Shown: in pieces, positions 1-8,884 of the stretch
Layout of the letters: each line of letters starts with the position of its first letter
Position numbering within the stretch: position 1 is the first letter of the stretch
DNA from: Promethearchaeota archaeon
GTDB lineage: Archaea; Asgardarchaeota; Lokiarchaeia; Sigyniarchaeales; Promethearchaeaceae
Direction of reading: 5' to 3'
NCBI GenBank assembly: GCA_016933055.1
Contig: JAFGBS010000011.1
Coordinates: 22,632-54,631 of the forward strand
DNA: 32,000 nt
Notes under the pieces: generated by a model
The model's input: only the letters and a program-made list of their open reading frames with translations
What the model was told of the DNA's origin: nothing
Databases searched by the model: none
Program-made: the position numbers and the translations under genes

Positions 1-234
1 TTGACAATTTTAGCAAAAGAAACTACAGATGTAAATTTACATTTGGAGGATTATGCAGATGGCATTTATTATTTCGTTGTAGTTGCATCGAATCCATTTG
101 GAAGCACCCTATCAAATTGTATACAGGTAGTCATTATTAGGACCAAAATCGTTCCGGGTTATAATATACCACTACTCTTAGGAGTTTTAGGACTAGTAGT
201 TATTCTTATTCGGAAGAAATACAAAAATCTATAG
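1..234 (+). CDS. 3' end of a surface protein (5'-truncated by the window edge): Fn3/Ig-like terminal strands plus Loki-CTERM-like sorting anchor
   Basis: DGIYYFVVVASNPFGSTLSNCIQVVI (Fn3-like C-terminal strands), then VPGY, a hydrophobic helix and the basic tail RKKYK; stop TAG at 232-234. Confidence 0.8.
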   Translation: MTILAKETTDVNLHLEDYADGIYYFVVVASNPFGSTLSNCIQVVIIRTKIVPGYNIPLLLGVLGLVVILIRKKYKNL

Positions 235-275
235 AATTGGGTTAGGTTTCCAGCCTAATCGAATGATCTTTTTTC
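231..275 (+). repeat. Copy A of a 45-nt direct repeat containing a 21-nt hairpin (240-260) followed by a T-tract
   Basis: 39/45 identity to 3171-3215; stem GGTTAGG/CCTAATC with loop TTTCCAG. Confidence 0.8.
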
Positions 276-354
276 TAATGTTTGGAAATAATCCTTTATA
301 GAATAAACCAAGGTTAGTAAATAAAAAAAGAAGAAAAAATGGGAATTACATAGA

Positions 355-3003
355 TTATTTGGTAGGAGTGGAATCGGTACTTTTAGGTCTTGTTGGTGAT
401 TTTTTCTTCTTGCGAACGATGATAATAGCTGCTGTTGTTCCACCTACAACTGCTAATCCACCCAAAATAATTCCAATTATCTCCCATATACCTAATCCTG
501 GTTCAGAAACGTGGATCTCCACAGTATTTACAGCAGAATCTCCGTCCACATCCACAACAGTCAGAGTCACCGAGTAATCTCCCGGAGTAGTATACACATG
601 TGTAGGATTCGTTAATGTGCTATTTGCTGATCCATCCCCGAAATCCCATTGATAGGTTTCTCCACCATTCCCGATACTTCCTGTAAATGAAAACTGGATA
701 ACGTCATTGATTCCCACAGAAGTGCTGTTCGCTGCAAAGTTTGCAGTAGGAAATAGATCAGCAATGACGGTTATATAATCTTCTTTAGTTAGTACTGAGA
801 TGTCTCCATCTTCGTCTGTTATTGTAAGTGTTATAGAATAGCTTCCGACTCCAGTGAATACATGATTAGGATACCTTTCAGTCGAATTTGGACTAGAATC
901 TCCGAAATACCACTGAATATTATTTTGTCCATTTCCGTATATCGCTTCAATATAAAATTGGACAGATTCCCCATCAATCACGTTAGTTGGATTTGCAGAA
1001 AAAGCTGCCACTGGGAAATAATCTATTTCAACAGTTATAAGATCTATTTCTGTGTGATACGATGTATCCCCATCAACATCTGTCACTTTTAAGCTCACTG
1101 TATATGTACCATCATCTAAATATATGTGAATAGGGTTTTGTTCATCGGACGTGGGACTTTCATCTCCAAAATCCCACTCATATTCAACAGGAGTATTTCC
1201 CGTGTTTCCGGTGAATGTGAACTGAATTTCCTCTCCCTCAAATATAGTTGTAGCATTTTGATCAAAACTTGCAAGGGGTTGTTCATCCGGGAACACCGTA
1301 ATATGATTTATTTTGGTGATTGTTGCTATATCTCCATCTGAATCAGTAACTGTGAGAGATATATCATATATTCCGGGGCTCGAATAGGTATACACGGGTT
1401 CAGCATCAGTTAAATTATTCGTAACTTCTCCAAAATTCCATTGGTAGTCTGAAATCAAATTTCCTACTTCACCGGTGAATTCTGCTTCAACAGACATACC
1501 CGCTATGATTTCAGTTTCATTTACGACAAAATCTGCTGTGGGAACTTCATCTCCAATAGTGGGGTAATTATCAAATATACCTCCAACTCCTATAGCTTCG
1601 TACGGAATGGAATAATAATATCCATTATGCGTAGCAGCAGGATAGCGAGTTTTATAATCATCCCAATAGTTTCCTATGGATCCATTATCCAGATGGACAT
1701 TGGTATAGGTTGCCTCGGACCGGGTTTCAATGTGACCAGACGCATTATAAAACTCGTTACCAAAAACGGTGATGTTGGTTAAATCATTCCCTAACCCTAA
1801 AGATCTTGCGATAGAGCTGTTCACGATATTATTTTTAATTATTCCATTGGTCCCCCCTTCCAAATCGATTCCCAATCGAGTATTATTAATATAATTTCCT
1901 TCCAGTGTGAAATTTAAGGTGCTATCTTTTGTTGATATCCCATCGGAAACGCCAAATTCGACGTAATCTATATAATTATCTGAAACGGTTACATTATATG
2001 ACCAAATATCTATGCCGTATTTACAGTATTTCAGAGTATTATGAACTATTTCACTATGGTTACTTTCAATTGAGATCCCATACCCATCTAAGTCTCCAAC
2101 TATAGTGTTGTTTTCAATTAGTAAGTAGGTCCCTTCATCTGATGAAATACCTGTATTACAATTCTCAATCGTATTGTTATAAACATGACCCGAGAATGTG
2201 TTTAGATTTATACCACTTCCCATTCCGCCAATATTCTTAATGGTATTGTTATAAACAGTGATATTATCCGTTGCGATTCCCTCCATAAAATCATTCCAAA
2301 ACCAGATTCCAGAGCGAGAATTGTTGATAGTATCGATAGTGTTATTTAAAATTGTTACATTGGATGAAGCAAACATGTTAATTCCATTATTACTACTATT
2401 CCGTATCGTATTATCGTAAATCCAGATTCCAAATTCAGGTTCAAGCCTACTTCCTTTAATTGATCCATAGCTTGGAGAATAAAAGGAATTATCTTCCATT
2501 AGACACTCTGAGATATTTACATTATCTACAATCGAGCCAGACATATAGACTGCCACACCAATGTCTCGGAAGGTACAATTTTTTATCCAAATATTTTTGG
2601 AGTTAGCTAGTTCAATTTGATAATCTGCATCTGGGCCATAAATGGTAATGTTTTGCAGTACCAAGTAACTGCTCGTTACACTAATTCGGATTGCTGGCCC
2701 CCAAAAATCACTTGCATTAAATATCCTATTTTCAATAATATAGGGATCTTGTGCAGTACCAGAACCACGATCTTTGGCGGAACTTAATTCCGAATTTCCC
2801 ATAATATTAATCGGAGTATCTTCACTACTTTTTGGGGAAAGAAATTCAATTTCCCCCCCATAATTGACATAAGGATTAAAATTGATGCTAATACATATAA
2901 AAAATGCAAATACTATAATCTCTGATAGTTTCCTAATTTTTTTCAATATAATCACCTTTTGTGAAAAATCTCTTCTTTTCTCTAAATAATCAGACGCATA
3001 CAT
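355..3003 (-). CDS. Cell-surface protein: right-handed parallel beta-helix (NosD/pectate-lyase-like), 4 PKD domains, C-terminal TM anchor
   Basis: N-terminal hydrophobic segment; GSGTAQDPYIIEN motif; repeated IxNNTI beta-helix units ending in GNYWDDY; four units of the form PxAxF...W(D/N/Y)FG(D/E)...P.H/Y.Y...G.Y.V.L.VTD.DGD; terminal TM plus RKKKK. Confidence 0.9.
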   Translation of the reverse strand: MYASDYLEKRRDFSQKVIILKKIRKLSEIIVFAFFICISINFNPYVNYGGEIEFLSPKSSEDTPINIMGNSELSSAKDRGSGTAQDPYIIENRIFNASDFWGPAIRISVTSSYLVLQNITIYGPDADYQIELANSKNIWIKNCTFRDIGVAVYMSGSIVDNVNISECLMEDNSFYSPSYGSIKGSRLEPEFGIWIYDNTIRNSSNNGINMFASSNVTILNNTIDTINNSRSGIWFWNDFMEGIATDNITVYNNTIKNIGGMGSGINLNTFSGHVYNNTIENCNTGISSDEGTYLLIENNTIVGDLDGYGISIESNHSEIVHNTLKYCKYGIDIWSYNVTVSDNYIDYVEFGVSDGISTKDSTLNFTLEGNYINNTRLGIDLEGGTNGIIKNNIVNSSIARSLGLGNDLTNITVFGNEFYNASGHIETRSEATYTNVHLDNGSIGNYWDDYKTRYPAATHNGYYYSIPYEAIGVGGIFDNYPTIGDEVPTADFVVNETEIIAGMSVEAEFTGEVGNLISDYQWNFGEVTNNLTDAEPVYTYSSPGIYDISLTVTDSDGDIATITKINHITVFPDEQPLASFDQNATTIFEGEEIQFTFTGNTGNTPVEYEWDFGDESPTSDEQNPIHIYLDDGTYTVSLKVTDVDGDTSYHTEIDLITVEIDYFPVAAFSANPTNVIDGESVQFYIEAIYGNGQNNIQWYFGDSSPNSTERYPNHVFTGVGSYSITLTITDEDGDISVLTKEDYITVIADLFPTANFAANSTSVGINDVIQFSFTGSIGNGGETYQWDFGDGSANSTLTNPTHVYTTPGDYSVTLTVVDVDGDSAVNTVEIHVSEPGLGIWEIIGIILGGLAVVGGTTAAIIIVRKKKKSPTRPKSTDSTPTK

Positions 3004-3147
3004 TATCGTCGGTAATTAAAATAAATGTTTCATCATTTCCCAATCATAATAATACCCAGTTGGAAAAAATAGACCACTGATACATTTCATATCAATCTAG
3101 ATCTGTTCGACCTGTCTGTTGAGAAATGGAACGATTGAACCCAATAC

Positions 3148-3215
3148 GATTAGGTTTCCAACTTAATCGAATAGAATTTGATTAGATTTCCAGTTTAATC
3201 GAATGATATTTTTTC
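3148..3215 (+). repeat. Copies B1 (3148-3168) and B2 (3180-3200) of the same hairpin, in tandem with 32-nt period; 3171-3215 is the 45-nt direct repeat of 231-275
   Basis: GATTAGG-TTTCCAA-CTTAATC and GATTAGA-TTTCCAG-TTTAATC, each followed by GAAT. Confidence 0.8.
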
Positions 3216-3307
3216 GAGTTCTTGTGGAAATTATTAATAGCAGCGCCATGTTCGTTATTATAAGTCGATTTCAAAAACTCAAAAAAGATGGAAATTTCAT
3301 GATCTAG

Positions 3308-3538
3308 AACGATTATAGTGATGTTGGACTAGAAAATGGGAAGTATTACTATGTGATATCTGCCCAAAATCCCAACGGGCTTTCATCGTTATCCAATTGT
3401 GAATCTATAGAAGTTCAACTTGAAGAACCAACCGAGCGAGGAATAAGAGGATATTCCATTGGGATTATTCTAATGCTAGGAAGCTCAGTACTGGCATTAC
3501 TCTACTTAATTACCTCAAACCAACACTCATTTTATTAA
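3308..3538 (+). pseudogene. Orphan 3' remnant of an Fn3-like plus Loki-CTERM-like surface protein
   Basis: The frame of ORF 3353..3538 is open back to a TAG at 3305-3307 and reads NDYSDVGLENGKYYYVISAQNPNGLSSLSNCESIEVQL...IRGYSIGIILMLGSSVLALLYLI. This resembles ORF 1..234 but lacks the N-terminus and the basic tail. Confidence 0.65.
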
Positions 3539-3548
3539 TTTTTTTTTT
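3539..3548 (+). terminator. Oligo-T archaeal-type terminator
   Basis: 10 consecutive T immediately after the TAA at 3536-3538. Confidence 0.5.
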
Positions 3549-3609
3549 AATAATAAAAATTTACAAGATTTGAGTTCAAGTTAAGAATAAGTCCGCATCC
3601 TAAGGTATC

Positions 3610-3645
3610 TTTATATAACTCTAATCCCCATTAGGATCGAGGGTT
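3610..3645 (+). promoter_or_regulatory. TATA box (TTTATATA 3610-3617) and SD-like GAGGG (3639-3643) upstream of the LRR-TIR gene
   Basis: Spacing fits an archaeal promoter and supports the GTG start at 3651. Confidence 0.5.
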
Positions 3646-3650
3646 ATCCG

Positions 3651-6600
3651 GTGTTACAAAAGCAGTATGTTGTGGTCCATGGGAAAAAAATCTTCATGGA
3701 TGAGAATGGTTGTTTAGATCTCCATCAAAAAGCAATCAGTAATATGAATCAAATCGAAGGTTTAAACGGTTTAGTTGGATTGAAGCATTTGATCATTGGA
3801 AATGCAACAATGGCTTATAAATTTGCTGACGATACTGAAGATGACGTTATCCTTTATGATTTTAATGACTTCTCAGATTTTGTAATCGTAGAGTCCATGA
3901 AGTCTCTGGAAGTTCTTGAGGTCGTTCATCAAGAGCATCTTTTAAGATTTTCTGAGGAGTTAGGAGCCTTACCTTACCTTAAAGAAATGATATGTTATTT
4001 TTGTCCAAATCTTCGGGACATTCCAGAATCTATAGGAAACCTCTCAGCACTTGAGAAATTGCATTTTATCGATTGCAATGCAATAAAAAAACTCCCAAAT
4101 TCAATAGGATCTTTGAAAAAACTAAATGAATTTACGGTCAACTCACCGGTATTGACAGAACTACCAGAGAGTTTTAAAAATCTTACAAATTTAACAAAGT
4201 TAGATTTAAAATCCAATAAAATAATCAGCCAGATTCCAGGATTTGAATCCTTCAGTAACTTAATAACACTTAATCTTGCGTATTGTGAATCTCTAAAACC
4301 AGAATCTTTCCAAAATTTGCAATTATCAAAAGTTGAATCACTTTATTTAAGAGGATGCCAGTTAGCGTATAAAGATTATACATTTTTGAGTCAGTGTAGT
4401 AATTTGAAAAATTTGAGTATTGGGAATGATGAACTCATCAATACACCCGTGGAACTAAAATATTTGACTAAATTAGAGACTTTACATATTTATTCTTGCG
4501 CAAATTTGAAGACAATTGGAGAAGAGATTGGTGAATTAACAAATTTACTAGAATTGGAACTTACTTCATTAGGTTCGTTAGAAAAACTTCCGAACTCAAT
4601 TGAGAACCTCATTTCATTAAAGAAATTGAATCTCTCCTATTGCGATTCATTAAAAACTATCCCAGATACACTATCAAACCTAAGGTCATTAGAACAATTA
4701 TACTTAATTGCAAATAAAATGCTATTATCTCTCCCAGAAGATGTTGGGTTATTAAAATCATTAAAAAAAATGTATATATCGAAATCTGGAATAATAAATA
4801 ATTTGCCAGATTCGATATGTAATTTGTCAAATCTTGAAGAATTTGTATATTTTGGTTCACCAAATGACCAGTTATCCGAAATTCCTCGTATTATCTCAGA
4901 GATTAGAAACTTAAGGAATTTGAAATTCAGTTTTTGTAGGTATTTAACCAAAATTCCCACGAATCTTAGTAATCTTAATTATTTAGAGACTTTGAGCCTA
5001 GTGGGAACTAAAATTGAAAATTTACCTGAAAATATTGTGAATTTGACTTCTTTAAAAGAGTTAGATTTATCAAGTTGCAGAAGTCTCCTCCAATTGCCAG
5101 AAGGAATTAATAATTTGACAAATTTAGAAATTTTAAACTTAAATGACTGTGAAAAACTTGCTGCTTTGCCGGATAATATTGCTAACTTAAAGAATCTTAA
5201 AAATTTGAACATTGAAATGTGTCATGAAATAAAGGAAATCTCTGTGGATTTTAGTCACATGAGTTCTCTAGAAATTCTTAAAATTTTTTGTAAAAATCTT
5301 ATGTCAATTCCAAATAGCATAGGAGAATTGACAAATTTAATCGAGCTCAAAATTGGGGCACAAATTCAAGAGATCCCTTTTAATTTTAATAAATTAAAAT
5401 CATTAAAAATACTAAATCTTGAATATTGCAGTTCTCTAACCGATCTTCCAGAAGGTATAGGTAAATTAGTCAAACTTGAAAAAATGAATCTCTCAGAACT
5501 TCAAAAATTAAGATGTTTACCCGAAAGTATTGGACAACTCCAAAATTTGACTTTTCTCAATTTGAATGCTACTGGTATAGAGAGATTGCCAATATCTCTC
5601 GGAAATTTGAAATCCCTCAAGATCCTTGATATTCAATATTGCAAACAACTTCAAGAACTACCGAAAAACATAGGTGATATAGAAAATCTGGAAATTTTGG
5701 TTGCATCCGGATGCAGTCAATTGAAATCACTACCGATTTCCATTGGAAACTTAATATTTTTAAGGATATTAACCGTTGGAATAGCATTTGAAAATTTCAA
5801 TAAAATGTTTGACTATGGAATTGACGGGTATTATCAAGAATATTCCCATGAAGCTCCAGAGATATCCGAAAATAAACTAAGTTCTTTACCAAATTCATTC
5901 TGCAAATTAAGAAATTTAAAAATTTTAGATCTTGGAAACTCTCAATTCTTAGAGACTTTACCTAAGGAAATTGGTAATTTAGAGAGTCTAGTTTATTTAA
6001 ATCTATTTAATTGCAGACCTTTGGTAAATTTACCGGATTCTTTTTCAAATCTGACAAATTTAAAAGTTTTGGATTTAACCAGCTGTCATAGTTTAAAAAG
6101 CCTACCAGAGCCATTTTCTCTAAAGAATCTAGATATTTTACTGTGTTATGATTGTACAAATTTAAGAAGATTACCAGACGGATTTGGGAATTTAAGCTCA
6201 ATTAAAATAATCGATTTTTATGGATGTAATAGACTAGAGATCCTTCCAAGTTCGATAGGAAATCTAAAAAATCTTTTTTTCATGAGGCTTACTAGATGTA
6301 GGAGTTTGCAAAACTTACCAGAAACCATAGGCAATTTAATTTCATTGAGAAATCTATGTTTTGGGGATTATCAACCTATTTCTGATCAATCTTTATCTTA
6401 CATAGAAGAAACCATAAACAAATTCAAAACTGAAGGATTTTCTGAATATTATGGGAAACAATCTGCAGAATCCGTACTTACAAGTCCAATGCTAGGATTG
6501 AGTGTAATTTACAATCAAGCAATACATATTAAATCATTACCAGAATCCATTGGGGATTTACATAATCTGGAAACATTAGATCTTAGCTATTTAGTAAACC

Positions 6601-7649
6601 TCAAATCAATTCCTGATAGTATAGATAAACTAAAATCCTTGAAGAATTTAAAACTCTCCTATTGTTTTTCCTTAGAATCCATCCCAGAGAGTGTATCGGA
6701 ATTACAAAATTTAACCGAATTAGATCTCAGCTATTGTAAAAACGTTCCGAAAATTCCAAAAAATATAGGCAATCTATCAAATCTCACAAATTTGAACTTG
6801 AAGTATTGTATTTCCATTGAGAACCTTCCAGAAAGTCTACAAAATTTAAAAAATCTTAACAACTTGAATTTACACAATTGTAAGCTTACAGAAATCCCCA
6901 TATCATTAAGAAGCTTGGAGAATTTGGAAACTTTAGATTTAACAGAGAATTTATTTACCCCATCCGAACTCGAGATCGCAAAAAACGATATTCCCGTAAT
7001 TTTTGATTATCTCAAACGTAAAACTGCAATCAATGTTTTCATAAGTCATGCAGTTGTCGACTTTAAGAGCCACCGAATTGAAGATCTCGCTACATTTCTG
7101 GAGCACCAAAAGGAAATCTATCAAGCATACTTTTGCGAGGAGGATCTCGTGGGAAATATTGATGACTTCATGAATGATATGTTACCTCAGTGTCAATTAG
7201 TCTTGTTTATTGGAACCCAAAAATCAGTGTTTAATTCAGTCGATTGCAGTCATGAAATCGAACTAGCTCGAAAAAATGATATACAAATAATCCCAATTAA
7301 GGGAATTGATATTGATTGGAAGGATCTAGAAGCAATTGGGTTAAGTCGGGAATTAGGAATTGAGTTTAATTTGGAGCAATTTGATAAATTCTGTGAAGAT
7401 GTTTATGATTACATTTTCCAATTCAAACGAAAAGTAGATTTATTTGATAAAAGTACGGCAAGAATTGAAAAGTTAATCCTCGAGTACGGAACTCTCATTA
7501 ATGAAATCCTAAGTTCAGAAGCCTATAAGGAACTTTTTTCGAATAAATTTGCAGAACTCAAAACCTTGAAAGCAAATTTCAGATCTGATAAGATCGATTT
7601 CAGTGATTTTCTACAGGGTATGTATAAGATCTTAAAGAAAGATAATTAG
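3651..7649 (+). CDS. Soluble leucine-rich-repeat protein with a C-terminal TIR domain (LRR-TIR) and helical tail
   Basis: Roughly 35-40 repeats (by-eye estimate) of about 24 aa, LxxLxLxxCxxLxxLPxxIGx. TIR starts near nt 7029 (VFISHA...LVLFIGTQKSVFNSVDCSHEIELA...IIPI). No signal peptide, TM segment or P-loop. Confidence 0.92.
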   Translation: MLQKQYVVVHGKKIFMDENGCLDLHQKAISNMNQIEGLNGLVGLKHLIIGNATMAYKFADDTEDDVILYDFNDFSDFVIVESMKSLEVLEVVHQEHLLRFSEELGALPYLKEMICYFCPNLRDIPESIGNLSALEKLHFIDCNAIKKLPNSIGSLKKLNEFTVNSPVLTELPESFKNLTNLTKLDLKSNKIISQIPGFESFSNLITLNLAYCESLKPESFQNLQLSKVESLYLRGCQLAYKDYTFLSQCSNLKNLSIGNDELINTPVELKYLTKLETLHIYSCANLKTIGEEIGELTNLLELELTSLGSLEKLPNSIENLISLKKLNLSYCDSLKTIPDTLSNLRSLEQLYLIANKMLLSLPEDVGLLKSLKKMYISKSGIINNLPDSICNLSNLEEFVYFGSPNDQLSEIPRIISEIRNLRNLKFSFCRYLTKIPTNLSNLNYLETLSLVGTKIENLPENIVNLTSLKELDLSSCRSLLQLPEGINNLTNLEILNLNDCEKLAALPDNIANLKNLKNLNIEMCHEIKEISVDFSHMSSLEILKIFCKNLMSIPNSIGELTNLIELKIGAQIQEIPFNFNKLKSLKILNLEYCSSLTDLPEGIGKLVKLEKMNLSELQKLRCLPESIGQLQNLTFLNLNATGIERLPISLGNLKSLKILDIQYCKQLQELPKNIGDIENLEILVASGCSQLKSLPISIGNLIFLRILTVGIAFENFNKMFDYGIDGYYQEYSHEAPEISENKLSSLPNSFCKLRNLKILDLGNSQFLETLPKEIGNLESLVYLNLFNCRPLVNLPDSFSNLTNLKVLDLTSCHSLKSLPEPFSLKNLDILLCYDCTNLRRLPDGFGNLSSIKIIDFYGCNRLEILPSSIGNLKNLFFMRLTRCRSLQNLPETIGNLISLRNLCFGDYQPISDQSLSYIEETINKFKTEGFSEYYGKQSAESVLTSPMLGLSVIYNQAIHIKSLPESIGDLHNLETLDLSYLVNLKSIPDSIDKLKSLKNLKLSYCFSLESIPESVSELQNLTELDLSYCKNVPKIPKNIGNLSNLTNLNLKYCISIENLPESLQNLKNLNNLNLHNCKLTEIPISLRSLENLETLDLTENLFTPSELEIAKNDIPVIFDYLKRKTAINVFISHAVVDFKSHRIEDLATFLEHQKEIYQAYFCEEDLVGNIDDFMNDMLPQCQLVLFIGTQKSVFNSVDCSHEIELARKNDIQIIPIKGIDIDWKDLEAIGLSRELGIEFNLEQFDKFCEDVYDYIFQFKRKVDLFDKSTARIEKLILEYGTLINEILSSEAYKELFSNKFAELKTLKANFRSDKIDFSDFLQGMYKILKKDN

Positions 7650-7652
7650 GCA

Positions 7653-7823
7653 CTATACAATTTTTGTATCTTCATCCTCTGTAGGTTTCTTTTTTCCTTT
7701 TTGAGGATAAATACGGCTACGACGTTCTTTATCTTTCTTAAAAACTACACCATATTCTTCCGAATTGTTTTCTGTAACTTTTTTTTTCTTTTTTTTATTC
7801 TTAGTATCGGTCAATAATCCCAC
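7653..7823 (-). CDS. Possible small, highly charged Lys-rich protein (56 aa, GTG start)
   Basis: Manual translation MGLLTDTKNKKKKKKVTENNSEEYGVVFKKDKERRSRIYPQKGKKKPTEDEDTKIV; below the ORF-track length cutoff; convergent with LRR-TIR. Confidence 0.3.
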   Translation of the reverse strand: MGLLTDTKNKKKKKKVTENNSEEYGVVFKKDKERRSRIYPQKGKKKPTEDEDTKIV

Positions 7824-8383
7824 TACTTTTTCTTAGAAAGAACAGAAATTTAAATAATAGGGCAACTAGGAAGAATTTTCGATGAGTATGATCAAATTAG
7901 TCAATTAATCCTTCTCTAGCTTTTTTCTGGATGATTTTAATAATATCTTTATTAATTGGGCCTTTAACAACTAAATCAGAGAAATATAAGGCATTAAAGA
8001 ATATACGCAGTGTTATCAACTAATAATTTTCAAAAATCGACGTTTTCGCTTGGTGGGAGGTGGCTTTTTTACCGTTGGGGAGCGTAGCAATCACAAAAAA
8101 TTCTTCATAGAAAACATTTCCCTCAATAATGATAACTACAGGTTCAAATTCTAAAGCGGCAGCTTTCGAGTATAGCTATCTCAACCATTTTTGAACTCCT
8201 TTTTTGCTAAAATATAACTGATGTTTTTCCTGAAATCGTATTTTCCTTTGGATTCGGAAAAATTTCCTTGTGCTTCCGTGCGAGCTTTTTTTTCTGACTT
8301 GCACAAATGGAATAGATACCGGAATAATTATTCCAACAGCAACTGCAGCTACTTATCTCCCAATAAACACCAAATTATGTTGA

Positions 8384-8884
8384 TTAAGCTATTTCGGATA
8401 AAACTCTGGAATATAAATCTGCAGAGAGATACAATAGCTGATTAATTTTATTTAGTATATTAACTGCAGTTCGAGAATTGATGAAACTCTTCTTGTAATT
8501 TTCAATTAAAATTCCTAATGTTCCTTTCACTCTCAGTCCCAAATTTCTAGCATAAAGTCGAGCTTCTTCATCATCCAGTAAAATACTATTGCTTCCTTGA
8601 AGAGAAAGTGCAAGAAGAATTGATTCAGACTCACCAGGATGAATATTCGAAAAATCTAGATTGTGCTCTACTTTTTCTGGATTTTTTATGATTATTTTTT
8701 TATTTTTTATTTCACTGGCGATGAGGTGTCCATCATGATAATGTTCTGCAATTCCTTGCATTACCGCTTCTTCATATACCGCGGGAGGGATATAGACTTC
8801 ATCGAATAAGTTGAATATAAGGTCAAGGGAGTTTATAGTAGAAAGAATGATTAAAGGGCTTGAGTTACTAATCGCTATTTTCAC
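8384..8884 (-). CDS. DUF3368 / COG2405-type PIN-domain protein (predicted toxin)
   Basis: ISNSSPLI, IPPAVYEE, IHPGESESILLA, LLDDEEAR..A..LGLRVKGTLGIL motifs. Confidence 0.9.
   Translation of the reverse strand: MKIAISNSSPLIILSTINSLDLIFNLFDEVYIPPAVYEEAVMQGIAEHYHDGHLIASEIKNKKIIIKNPEKVEHNLDFSNIHPGESESILLALSLQGSNSILLDDEEARLYARNLGLRVKGTLGILIENYKKSFINSRTAVNILNKINQLLYLSADLYSRVLSEIA

Noticed and set aside
359-1341. Short + strand ORFs inside the PKD gene (359..577, 862..1092, 1126..1341) and 255..443
   Set aside because: Antisense or overlapping shadows of a well-supported gene or of terminator DNA
3148-3200. Two hairpin repeats in tandem as a mini-CRISPR
   Set aside because: Only two adjacent copies, an 11-nt spacer, and no cas genes in the window
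3995-6201. Minus-strand ORFs inside the LRR gene
   Set aside because: Shadows of repetitive Leu/Asn/Lys codons
3651-7649. NLR (NB-ARC/NACHT) or Roco (ROC-COR) assignment
   Set aside because: No Walker A/P-loop is visible, and the LRRs run directly into the TIR
8136-8170. GGTTCAAATTC resembling a tRNA T-loop
   Set aside because: The flanks do not form a T-stem or acceptor stem, and no cloverleaf can be built
8221-8445. 74-aa + strand ORF
   Set aside because: Overlaps the toxin 3' end and has no recognisable features
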